64,000 nucleotides of DNA, from contig JAANOX010000280.1 of assembly GCA_020184695.1 (NCBI GenBank), positions 620,001 to 684,000 of the forward strand. The letters run 5' to 3'. The first letter of the stretch is position 1; every line of letters begins with the position of its first letter. The DNA comes from Histomonas meleagridis 2922-C6/04-290x. Taxonomy: Eukaryota > Protista > Parabasalia. Made by a program: the position numbers and the translations under genes. Below are positions 63,417 to 64,000 of the stretch, one piece after another. A model generated the notes under the pieces. That model was not told where the DNA came from and did no database searches. It saw nothing but the letters and a program-made list of their open reading frames with translations.

Positions 63417-63892
63417 CTTGACGCTGAAGATTTTCTAAATCGATATAATGTATTCAAATTTTTTTACCATAGAACTCGCGAATTGCTAGCATTTAATATT
63501 AATTCATTCTTAGGACCTAGGGTAAAAGTTCGAAATTAAATATTTCCTTCCAATAGATAAAAAATGGGATTAGTGATAATAGTAATTAGACTATGATTAG
63601 TCAAGAAAAAAATCTGTAAAAAAACTCAAAAAGTGTATTTATGGTCATGCTCATCGAAGAATATTCATTGTATACATGATTGTAACTTTATTAAGCCATT
63701 TATAAAGATCCTTGAAAAATATTCATATTCAAGTACCAAAAGTATCTCAATAAAATGTAATGTAACACACCATCAAATAATATTAAAAGTTTTTAAAGAT
63801 GATATATTTTTCAGAAAACATGTTCGAAAGCGGATCCCATATGAATTAACGGTTAAAATTGGAAATCTCTTTAGGCTTAATGAAAATCAATT

Positions 63893-64000
63893 CTATTTTT
63901 TTGTATGATTATTTCTAGACTCATACATAAGTGCTGTTTGAAACAATTTAAATAATTTTCAAATATTATTTTGAAATCCAAAATTATTAAAATAAATCCC
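63893..64000 (-). other. 3' end of another ankyrin gene with 17-nt-insert/single-codon units (continues beyond window)
   Basis: Minus strand: GGG-ATTTATTTTAATAATTT-TGG-ATTTCAAAATAATATTT-GAA-AATTATTTAAATTGTTT-CAA-ACA GCA CTT ATG TAT (G,W,E,Q then TALMY..NNHT). Confidence 0.85.

Noticed and set aside
1135-63908. Many short (60-110 aa) overlapping or antisense ORFs in the track
   Set aside because: They overlap well-supported genes or AT-rich spacers and show no recognisable motifs.
1-64000. tRNA, rRNA or snRNA genes
   Set aside because: No T-arm/D-arm signatures or conserved rRNA/snRNA motifs recognised by eye; a covariance-model search was not possible.

Overview
AT-rich eukaryotic DNA from a parabasalid (trichomonad, probably Tritrichomonas-like). 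The assignment rests on BspA-like LRR surface proteins, DUF3447-type ankyrin genes, an R2R3 Myb gene and compact, mostly uninterrupted housekeeping genes. About 35 intact or near-intact genes alternate with decayed paralogues and MULE and pogo-like transposon remnants. Housekeeping calls include V-ATPase a, RPL35A, RPL29, Vps39, TAF10, KATNAL2, NHP2, NAC-alpha, CWC15, PRP31, LZTFL1 and PPAT. Main observation: the ankyrin gene at 29210-32493 looks like a pseudogene in the ORF track but has a strict 170-bp period (169 once). Each period is 90 nt of intact ankyrin codons plus four 20-nt units, each unit being a 17-nt AT-rich insert followed by one codon. Reading only those codons gives the ankyrin beta-hairpin x-x-G-x (KDGE, NLGE, KDGW, NYGR, NEGD, NEGK and so on) and restores one stop-free 822-aa ORF. 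That implies 48 non-GT-AG 17-nt (once 16-nt) inserts and 36 single-codon exons. The same architecture recurs at three other loci (21.3-21.6 kb, 57.7-57.8 kb, 63.9-64.0 kb). How the inserts are removed (non-canonical splicing, editing, ribosomal bypass or DNA excision), and whether they are, cannot be decided from DNA. All family names come from motif recognition by eye; no database search was run.
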